From an uncultured Elusimicrobiales bacterium (GTDB lineage Bacteria > Elusimicrobiota > Elusimicrobia > Elusimicrobiales > Elusimicrobiaceae): a stretch of 56,161 nt of DNA. The position numbers and the translations under genes were made by a program. The stretch's first letter is position 1; every line of letters starts with the position of its first letter. Under the pieces are notes generated by a model. That model did not search any database, was not told where the DNA came from, and was given only the letters and a program-made list of their open reading frames with translations. Where the stretch lies: contig CALUVA010000001.1 of assembly GCA_944324105.1 (NCBI GenBank), positions 1-56,161 of the forward strand, given 5' to 3'. Of this stretch, positions 48,703 to 56,161 are shown piece by piece.

Positions 48703-49725
48703 CTATTTCCCCCAATTTTTTACCTTCAGGTTCGGGTTAATGTTAATATTCCACTTCTTTTGCAGGGCTTCTTCGCCCGCATATTGCAGCCGTTTATAAG
48801 CCGCCAGCGCAATCATTGCTGCATTGTCAGAGGACATTTTGCGCGGCACAAAACGCACAGTGATGCCCAGCTTGGAGCCTTCAGAGGTCATCATATCACG
48901 CAGCAGGCTGTTGGCTGCCACACCGCCGCCTACGGCTACCTGTTTTACCTTATATTTCTGGGCGGCCAGCAGGGTCTTTTTGACCAACGTTTCGCAGACT
49001 GCTTGTTCAAAGCTGGCGCACACATCGGGAACATTGACGTCTTTATGGTCCCGCAAATAATAGCTCACGGCTGTTTTAATACCGCTGAACGAAAAATCCC
49101 AGGTGCCCGGCAAAAGCGGACGGGGAAAATCCACCGCGTCGCGCCGGCCTTTCAATGCTTGCGCCGACACCTGCGGACCGCCCGGATATGCCAAGCCAAG
49201 CAGTTTGGCCACTTTATCAAACGCTTCTCCAGCTGCGTCATCGCGTGTACGGCCCAGCACCTTATACTGCCCATAATTTTTTACGTACCACAATTCCGTA
49301 TGTCCGCCGGAAACGACAAGTGCCACCAACGGGAAAGACAAAGGATTCTTCGCTTCCCCGTCCTCAAATTCACACGCGAACAGGTGCCCCTCCAGGTGGT
49401 TAATACCTAGTATAGGGACTTTTTTAAAATTTGCAAGGGTCTGCGCCGCCACCCGGCCTACCATCAGCCCTCCAGGCAAGCCGGGGCCGTGGGCAAAAGC
49501 CACGCAATCTATATCATGGCCGTTTAAAGCCTCGGTAATCACCGTGGCGATTTTGGCCGCATGCGCGCGGCTGGCCAGCTCCGGCACAACACCGTGGTAT
49601 TTCTTATGCTCTTCTATCTGGGAATAAATCACATTGCTGAACAGCTTTTTCCCGCCTACCAGCAAAGCGGCCGATGTTTCGTCGCAAGTACTTTCTATGC
49701 CCAGTATGGCAAAATCTTTTTTCAT
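48703..49725 (-). CDS. tsaD: tRNA N6-adenosine threonylcarbamoyltransferase
   Basis: LGIESTCDETS, GVVPELASRAH, HLEGH, VSGGHT, DDAAGEAFDK, FSFSGIKT, DNAAMIA. Confidence 0.97.
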   Translation of the reverse strand: MKKDFAILGIESTCDETSAALLVGGKKLFSNVIYSQIEEHKKYHGVVPELASRAHAAKIATVITEALNGHDIDCVAFAHGPGLPGGLMVGRVAAQTLANFKKVPILGINHLEGHLFACEFEDGEAKNPLSFPLVALVVSGGHTELWYVKNYGQYKVLGRTRDDAAGEAFDKVAKLLGLAYPGGPQVSAQALKGRRDAVDFPRPLLPGTWDFSFSGIKTAVSYYLRDHKDVNVPDVCASFEQAVCETLVKKTLLAAQKYKVKQVAVGGGVAANSLLRDMMTSEGSKLGITVRFVPRKMSSDNAAMIALAAYKRLQYAGEEALQKKWNININPNLKVKNWGK

Positions 49726-49736
49726 ATGATTTTCGT

Positions 49737-51110
49737 TTATTTTTCTTGGGCCGAAACGGATTTTTGCTGGGCATCAGCACCGGCTTTCTGCTCGGCCTGT
49801 TCTTGCTGCGCTTTGGCCATTTCCGCCTTTTGGGCAATAATTTTTTCGGGACCTTCTTTTAAAATTTCTACTGCTTTGTCCAAGACAGGGTCCTTTTCCG
49901 TGAATTTTGCTTCCGGTTCAGACTTTCCCGGTGTATATACAATATTATTGTACTGCATGAAAATTTTCACTTCGTCTTCCGGCTTCATTTTCACTTCCAC
50001 ATCGGGGAAAATGCCGCCTTCGTTTTCTTTGCTTTTATCGCGGTAATTGCGCTGAATCAACCGGCCTTTGGGCGTATAATATTTGGCAATCGTCAAACGG
50101 AGCCCTGCGCCGTCGTCCAGAGGGATCACCTGCTGCACACTGGCCTTGCCGAAACTGCGCTGCCCCACCACCACAGCCCGGTCATTGTCCTGCAGGGCGC
50201 CGGACACTATTTCACTAGCGCTGGCGGAAGCTTGGTTAATCAATACCACCAAAGGGATGTCCGGATATGGGGCGGACTTACCGGTTTTGAATTCCTGATA
50301 AAACTCCGGCTTTCTTCCTTGGGTATATACAATCATCTGGTTGTTCCCCATAAACAGCTTGGCTACATCCACGGCGCCGGTCAACAGGCCGCCGGGATTA
50401 AAACGCAAATCCAGCACCAGGCCTTTCATTCCCTTGTTTGTCAATTCTTCCAACGCTTTTTGCATTTCTTCAGTGCTATGGCCGGAAAAGTCCACCAGAT
50501 AAATATAGCCGATATTATCTTCCAGCATGCGGTAGTATACCACTTCAGGTACAATTTTTTCGCGTTTAAACGTATATTCGGGCAGTTCTTCGTACTCGCC
50601 GGTCTTTTCATTTTTGCGGGTCATAGTGATTTTAACCTTGCTACCGGCAGGACCCCGCATAAGCTCCACGGCGGCATCCAAATCCATATCCGTCACATCC
50701 GTCTCATCTACGCGGATAATGCGGTCTCCAGGCATAACTCCGGCTTTAAAAGCAGGCGTACCCGGCATAGGACTCATCACGGTAATAAAACCATCCACTT
50801 CAGACAAACGGATACCCAATCCGCCGAAATCCCCGCGCGTATCATTTTTGAGCGTATCATAATCTTTAGGTTCCAAATATTGTGAAAAATCGTCTAATTC
50901 TCCCACCATACCGCGTATGGCGCCGGTTACCAATGTGTCCGTATCCGTCGGTTCTACATAATTTTCCTTAATATATTCCAACACGTTAACAAACGTGCGC
51001 AACTGCTTTAATCCGCCGTCCACGGCAGCGTAAGCATACGGGAATAAGGTCCCCACAAAAAAAACAGCAGCCGCCCACGCGGCAAATTTGGTTGATTTTT
51101 TTCCTTTCAT
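49737..51110 (-). CDS. ctpA: C-terminal processing peptidase (S41A, PDZ)
   Basis: FGGLGI, DLRFNPGGLL, SASASEI, FGKASVQ, AKYYTP. Confidence 0.93.
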   Translation of the reverse strand: MKGKKSTKFAAWAAAVFFVGTLFPYAYAAVDGGLKQLRTFVNVLEYIKENYVEPTDTDTLVTGAIRGMVGELDDFSQYLEPKDYDTLKNDTRGDFGGLGIRLSEVDGFITVMSPMPGTPAFKAGVMPGDRIIRVDETDVTDMDLDAAVELMRGPAGSKVKITMTRKNEKTGEYEELPEYTFKREKIVPEVVYYRMLEDNIGYIYLVDFSGHSTEEMQKALEELTNKGMKGLVLDLRFNPGGLLTGAVDVAKLFMGNNQMIVYTQGRKPEFYQEFKTGKSAPYPDIPLVVLINQASASASEIVSGALQDNDRAVVVGQRSFGKASVQQVIPLDDGAGLRLTIAKYYTPKGRLIQRNYRDKSKENEGGIFPDVEVKMKPEDEVKIFMQYNNIVYTPGKSEPEAKFTEKDPVLDKAVEILKEGPEKIIAQKAEMAKAQQEQAEQKAGADAQQKSVSAQEK

Positions 51111-51146
51111 TTCATCCTCCGCGCCCCAACCGGGCGCGCCAAAAAG

Positions 51147-52349
51147 TTAAAGCGGTTTAAGCCACTGCGCCGGATCCACAGCTGTGGCGCCCTGGCGCGT
51201 TTCAAAATAGACGGCGTAACGACCGGTGCCGGAACTTTGCTGCGTGTCCCGCCCCGCCGTGCCGATAATACCTCCCTGGGGCAATTTCTCGCCCACCACG
51301 GCTTCAATTGTACTTAGAAAACCGTAAATGCTGAAGAAACCTTTGCCATGGTCCACAATCACCACATTTCCGTAAGAACGGAAAGGACCAGCATAAATTA
51401 CTTCCCCGGCAGCTACGCTGCGCACCGGTTCTCCAGATTTGGCGGCAATTTTAATGCCATCTCGGAAAATCCAGGTGTTCAAATCCCGGCGGTATTCTTT
51501 ACCAAAAGCACTGATAATTTGGCCTTTTACCGGCCAGGGCAGGGAGTGACGCGGCACGTCTATCGTAGCGATGGAAGACTGCTTTTTAGCCTTCGTTCCG
51601 GCTTTTCTGGCCGCAGCGTCATCTTTAGCCTGTTGTTTGGCCGCAGCTTCCTTACGCTGACGTTCAAACTTGGCCAACAAATCATCCAGAGCGCGGGCCG
51701 ATTTATTAAGTTCGTTAAGCTCCTCGCGGATTTGGGCAGTTTTTTTCTTGGTTAAATTCAAATCTTGCTGTTTCTTTAAAAAATTGGTGGTAATAACCTG
51801 CTGGCGTTTTTCAATCTGCGAACTCTGTGCCAATAATTTTTTATTGCGCTCTTCAAAATCATAAATTTTTTGCTGGGCGGCTTTATTTTCTTTCTGCAGA
51901 GCAACAGAAAACTCCGCCTTATGCGTCAGTACGCGGTCTATAAACAAGGCTTCCTCTGGGCTGAAATCCCCGGGGCACCAGGCACAATGCGGCGTCAAAT
52001 AATAATTATTGATTTCCTCTTCCACCACCCCGCGCCACATGGGCATACTACGCTCCAGCGCGGCACGTTTGTCCTCGGTAGACAGCAGGGTTTGTTCTAC
52101 ATAATTAATATCCGATTCAAGCTTATTTTTTTCACGCTGGGCCGCGGCCTTGCGGCTTTCTAAAGCGGAAATTTCTTTGGAAATGGCCGCTTCCCGTTCG
52201 CGGTATTTTTTTAATTCTTCCTGCTTTTGGGCAGCTTGTTTTTTAAGCTGCGCCAATTTCTGTTTTTGCGCGGCTTCCTGCGCCCCGGCTGCATATAGTC
52301 CCGGGAGCAAAAAAAGACACGCCGAAAACAAAACTAAAATTTTTGCCAT
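51147..52349 (-). CDS. envC: Murein hydrolase activator EnvC-like (coiled coil plus degenerate M23)
   Basis: Signal peptide, long coiled coil, LPWPVKG, DGIKI, YGNVVIVDHG, VYFETR; Zn-ligand histidines absent as in EnvC. Confidence 0.85.
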   Translation of the reverse strand: MAKILVLFSACLFLLPGLYAAGAQEAAQKQKLAQLKKQAAQKQEELKKYREREAAISKEISALESRKAAAQREKNKLESDINYVEQTLLSTEDKRAALERSMPMWRGVVEEEINNYYLTPHCAWCPGDFSPEEALFIDRVLTHKAEFSVALQKENKAAQQKIYDFEERNKKLLAQSSQIEKRQQVITTNFLKKQQDLNLTKKKTAQIREELNELNKSARALDDLLAKFERQRKEAAAKQQAKDDAAARKAGTKAKKQSSIATIDVPRHSLPWPVKGQIISAFGKEYRRDLNTWIFRDGIKIAAKSGEPVRSVAAGEVIYAGPFRSYGNVVIVDHGKGFFSIYGFLSTIEAVVGEKLPQGGIIGTAGRDTQQSSGTGRYAVYFETRQGATAVDPAQWLKPL

Positions 52350-53119
52350 TTACTCAGCGTCCATCCCAAAAGCCCGCAAAAAACCAAAATACCCAGTTGA
52401 CGTTCAACGGACGTAAAATGTTGCAGGGCCGGCATCAGCAATCCTGTCGGATATACAAGCAGCATAAAAAGCACTAAGGACAACACTCCGGCCAGCAGCG
52501 CCGACAATACACCGCCACCCACATGCGCCTTGCCGCGCACGGGATAGGCCTCCACCATAAACATAAACGCAAAAAACAGCACCAGTGCAAACACAGAGGC
52601 TAAATTCAATGTACGCAGACACAAACCGCTGTAAAAAGCCAACTCTGCCTGCTGCGGTGAATATTTCAGCGAAAGCTGAGGATATTCCGACTGAAGGTTT
52701 TGCGCAAACGGCCGGATATTATTTATGGCCCTGTCGGAAAGCTTCAACTCAAAATACGCCGGCATTTGTTCATATCCCAAAGCCACTACAGCTTGCGTCA
52801 GGCGTTCGTTTTTAGCTTTTAGCGCGGCCAACGCGTCCTGCGGGGAAAAGAGCTTGACCGACAGCACGTCTTCTTTATTGCTTAAACTGTCTCCCAACTC
52901 CGTTAAAGCGGAATTATTGATATCTTGCGTAACAGCCAACACCAACTTGAAGTCATCCGTCAAGGCATGGTGATATTTGGACAGCTGCATTTGCAAAAAA
53001 CTTATGCACTGCCACAACACCGCTACGGCAAATACCAGCGCAAACAAACGCCTGTACCCACGAAACACCACTGTGGAAGTTTTATTCTTTTTAGGTTTTT
53101 CCTGCAGAAAATCATCCAT
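52334..53119 (-). CDS. ftsX: FtsX-like cell division permease (divergent)
   Basis: TM, extracytoplasmic loop (V.SVKLFSPQDAL..L, MPAYFEL), three further TMs; directly upstream of envC. Confidence 0.65.
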   Translation of the reverse strand: MDDFLQEKPKKNKTSTVVFRGYRRLFALVFAVAVLWQCISFLQMQLSKYHHALTDDFKLVLAVTQDINNSALTELGDSLSNKEDVLSVKLFSPQDALAALKAKNERLTQAVVALGYEQMPAYFELKLSDRAINNIRPFAQNLQSEYPQLSLKYSPQQAELAFYSGLCLRTLNLASVFALVLFFAFMFMVEAYPVRGKAHVGGGVLSALLAGVLSLVLFMLLVYPTGLLMPALQHFTSVERQLGILVFCGLLGWTLSKWQKF

Positions 53120-53137
53120 ACGGCTCTCCTTTTCGGC

Positions 53138-54523
53138 TTAAAACCCAAGAACGCGTTCAAATTTACCTTTTAAATCCGTATTGTGATACACCCCGGAAAA
53201 TTCCTGCGCGCCAGGACCGTAGGCCACCCCAAGCAACATGCCGGAAGAATGATTTCCCGTAGCCCATACCAGGCCCAACGCTTCATTAAGGTGTTCAATC
53301 AAATCATCGTAATCGGGCACTTCCCCGTCCAAATGCAAATCCACATGCCCTCCCATAGCTCCATCCGCCATAGACTGCAGCTTTTCGGCGGTTTGCTGTT
53401 CTTGAGGCAATTTCTTAAATTCAGGGTACACATAATATAACAGATGTTTATGAGCAAAGATTTTCTGGTAGTACGGATAATTGACATAATCCGTGTTCCC
53501 GCCGTACAACATTTCCCCCTGGCCTGATTTGTGTTTAAAAGTTTCTTCGTCCAAATGGCGGTAATGAAACACGGGCACTCCGGTCTCATGGTCAGCGTTT
53601 ACATAGACCAGCGTATCGCCGCTTTGGCGGGCAAAAGTCCACAGATAACCCAATGTTTCATCCAGGTTAATCATTTCCCACATGGAAGGGCCGGCTTCAT
53701 TATCATGTAAAGCCCAATCTATCTTTCCGGCTTCCACCACCAGCACAAAGCCGTTTTTATTCTGGCTTAAAAGTTCCACGGCTTTCTGCGTCATTTCTTT
53801 AAGCGTAGGCACCTGAGGATAGCGTTCCATATCACCGTAAAACGGCATGCCTTCTTCAGCAAACAAACCCAACACGCGGCCTTCTTTCACTTTGGCCAAT
53901 TCTTTGGCGTTTTGCACCACGGTCCAGCCCTGTTTTTTAGCTTCTTTTAAAAGTTTTTTATTTTCTTTCTGGGTAAAATATTTCAGCCCGCCGCCTAAAA
54001 TAACCTGTGCGCCGCTGTTAACCAACTGGCGGGCAATATCGTATTTTTCGCTGCGGCTTTGGGTATGTGCCAAAAATCCCGAAGGGGTCGCATCAGCCAC
54101 ATACACATCCGTAACCACGCCGACGGACTTACCCTGTTTAATAGCCTCTTCTAGCAGGGTTTGCACCGGTTTTCCCTCATGATCCACGCCGATATAGTCC
54201 GGACGAGACAAAACTCCCGTAGCCATCTGTGTGGCGGCGCCAGCGGAATCTGTAACGATGGTATCATAAGTATTACTGAAGTACATGCCTGGCACGGAAG
54301 TTTGGATAAATTTTTCCAATACAGATTGTTTATCCGGATACTGGGGTAAAGTCGTCAGGCGTACTCCCTGCATAAACATACCCATGGTTCCCGGCCCCAT
54401 ACCGTCGCCAATGAGCCACACGGCATTTTTGGCTTTAGTCTGCGGTGTCTGCACTTCCTGTGCAAAAGAAGATACCGTTACCAACACGAACATCACAGCA
54501 ATAAAACCTATTTTTTTTAACAT
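53138..54523 (-). CDS. phoA: Alkaline phosphatase
   Basis: IGDGMG, VTDSAGAAT (catalytic Ser), DATP, EAGKIDWALH, ADHETG, HNTD; signal peptide. Confidence 0.92.
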   Translation of the reverse strand: MLKKIGFIAVMFVLVTVSSFAQEVQTPQTKAKNAVWLIGDGMGPGTMGMFMQGVRLTTLPQYPDKQSVLEKFIQTSVPGMYFSNTYDTIVTDSAGAATQMATGVLSRPDYIGVDHEGKPVQTLLEEAIKQGKSVGVVTDVYVADATPSGFLAHTQSRSEKYDIARQLVNSGAQVILGGGLKYFTQKENKKLLKEAKKQGWTVVQNAKELAKVKEGRVLGLFAEEGMPFYGDMERYPQVPTLKEMTQKAVELLSQNKNGFVLVVEAGKIDWALHDNEAGPSMWEMINLDETLGYLWTFARQSGDTLVYVNADHETGVPVFHYRHLDEETFKHKSGQGEMLYGGNTDYVNYPYYQKIFAHKHLLYYVYPEFKKLPQEQQTAEKLQSMADGAMGGHVDLHLDGEVPDYDDLIEHLNEALGLVWATGNHSSGMLLGVAYGPGAQEFSGVYHNTDLKGKFERVLGF

Positions 54524-54536
54524 ATCATCACCCTTT

Positions 54537-55988
54537 TTATGAAACCGTTTTTTGATACAAAGCCATATAATCCCGGGCGGATTTATCCCAGGAATTGTCT
54601 TTCAGCATGGCGTTTTTGACCAGCTTATTCCACATCTTTTTATCTTCAAATACGTTTAACGCTTTGTCTAAAGCATTGTAAATACCGTTTTCGCTAAATG
54701 TATTTATAAAAAAGCCGGTGGCGGCGTCATTTGCCGCCCCTTCTTTATACCCCGTAACGGTGTCCAGCAGGCCGCCCACTTTGCTGACCACGGGCAGCGT
54801 ACCGTATTTCATGGAAATCATCTGCGAAAGGCCGCACGGCTCAAAACGCGAAGGCATAAGGAACATATCCGCACCGGCATAAATCTGGTGCGCCAGTTCC
54901 TCGTCTAGTTTGCCTTCATAGGCAATATCGGACGGATATTTTTTTGCCAAATCGCGGTATTGTTTTTCCAGCATAGGATCTCCGCAGCCCAGCACCACAA
55001 ACTGCGCGCGCCCATGCAAACGTTCCATGACTGAAGCGGCAATGTCCAGCCCTTTTTGATAATCCAGGCGCGACACCACGCCCACCAGTGGTTTTTGGGG
55101 GTTTTCTTCCAAATCCAGCTGTTGTTGCAAATACTGTTTGGAAACAGGCTTGTTTTTGGAAAAAGAAGACACGTCATAACCGATGGGCAGCAGCGTGTCT
55201 ATTTCCGGGTCCCAGATTTCCGTGTCAATGCCGTTGACAATGCCGTAAAAATTCTTGCTGCGGAACTTCAGCAGCCCTTCCAGGCCAAAACCCATAGAAG
55301 GATCCGTCTGCACTTCCTTGGCATAATTGGGGCTGACGGTGCTGATATTGTCGGCAAACACAATGCCGCTTTTTAAGAAGCTGATTCCGCCGTAATATTC
55401 AAATTTGTCCGGCGTAAAATCGGCCGGGTGGAATCCCGCCTTTTCATAAGTGGAATACGGAAAATGCCCCTGATAGGCAATATTATGGATGGTCAGCAAA
55501 CTGCGGGTGCGGGTAAAAAAGGCATCCAGCTTGTAAACGGTTTTTAAATAAGCCGGCAGCAGCGCGGTCTGCCAGTCGTGGCAGTGGATAATATCGGGGC
55601 GGAAACCCACAAACTTGCACCCTTCCAGCACGGCGCGGCAGAACAGGATAAAACGTTCGTCATTGTCCAGGTAATCGCCCAGTTTGGTGCGGTATAAATC
55701 GGGACGGTCAAAATATTTGCGGTTACCCACAAAAAATACCAGTACATTGCCCCAGTTGATATACGACAAAGACACCTGCTCAATTTTATCCCCCACGGGG
55801 ATTAAATATACGCCCGGGACCACCTTTAAAGAGGATACACGCCGTATATTGCGGTAATGCGGCAGGAACAACAGCACTTTGTTGCTTTTGCTGCCGGCCA
55901 GCTGTTGGCTCAGCGCACCGACCACATCGGCCAGCCCTCCCGTTTTGCAAAACGGAAATGCCTCACTGGCGGCTAAAACGATATTCAT
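54537..55988 (-). CDS. glgA: Glycogen synthase
   Basis: KTGGLADV, HCHDWQT, TIHNIAYQG, VSRL..QKG, PSRFEPCGLSQ, VGGLLDTV. Confidence 0.97.
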   Translation of the reverse strand: MNIVLAASEAFPFCKTGGLADVVGALSQQLAGSKSNKVLLFLPHYRNIRRVSSLKVVPGVYLIPVGDKIEQVSLSYINWGNVLVFFVGNRKYFDRPDLYRTKLGDYLDNDERFILFCRAVLEGCKFVGFRPDIIHCHDWQTALLPAYLKTVYKLDAFFTRTRSLLTIHNIAYQGHFPYSTYEKAGFHPADFTPDKFEYYGGISFLKSGIVFADNISTVSPNYAKEVQTDPSMGFGLEGLLKFRSKNFYGIVNGIDTEIWDPEIDTLLPIGYDVSSFSKNKPVSKQYLQQQLDLEENPQKPLVGVVSRLDYQKGLDIAASVMERLHGRAQFVVLGCGDPMLEKQYRDLAKKYPSDIAYEGKLDEELAHQIYAGADMFLMPSRFEPCGLSQMISMKYGTLPVVSKVGGLLDTVTGYKEGAANDAATGFFINTFSENGIYNALDKALNVFEDKKMWNKLVKNAMLKDNSWDKSARDYMALYQKTVS

Positions 55989-56161
55989 GCGTTCTCCTCC
56001 TGTTTTTCAGTTTCCTCAATTACAGCTTCTTTAGACTGCAGCGTCTGTTCCGCAGGCTCTGCATCGGCGGGCTGCGCGTCCTCCTCCGGCTCAAACATAT
56101 TTTTGGGCCGCTTAAAGAACGCGTCCGCCGCGTCGCCGGTTTCTTCTTCCAGGGCCAAAAT
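55985..56161 (-). CDS. 3' end of an upstream gene (partial), acidic tail
   Basis: Open frame ILALEEETGDAADAFFKRPKNMFEPEEDAQ...EKQEENA* whose TGA overlaps the glgA ATG (ATGA). Confidence 0.65.
   Translation of the reverse strand: MLALEEETGDAADAFFKRPKNMFEPEEDAQPADAEPAEQTLQSKEAVIEETEKQEENA

Overview
Bacterial, moderately GC-rich window. The gene content (Tad pilus locus, PorV-like barrel, FlgD-Ig surface protein, ftsX-envC-ctpA-tsaD block) suggests a diderm, most plausibly Elusimicrobiota; this assignment is inference, not a database hit. The left part (1-13 kb) is housekeeping: SIS protein, OsmC, PLP aminotransferase-nadC-nadA, alanine:cation symporter, MscS, lipoproteins, HEAT protein and dut. 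It also holds a cluster of DnaA boxes at about 9.7-9.95 kb and several apparently leaderless genes. From 56 kb down to 13 kb every supportable gene is on the minus strand. The order is glgA-phoA-ftsX-envC-ctpA-tsaD, a signal-less solute-binding protein and a GAF-GGDEF cyclase. Next come a 1606-aa multi-FlgD-Ig protein with a T9SS-CTD-like tail and a PorV-like barrel, then an unusual Tad locus (Flp pilins, CpaB, an N-domain-less secretin, a TadZ-TadA fusion, an extended TadB, TadC, a TPR protein). An embedded signalling module and more pilins follow, one of them missed by the ORF track. The block ends with a separately promoted six-gene cluster of membrane-anchored proteins, five of them large Gly/Ser-rich and partly paralogous with variable C-termini. 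This Tad + T9SS-like + paralog cluster is the best candidate for an undescribed system. No rRNA, tRNA, CRISPR array or mobile element was recognised.
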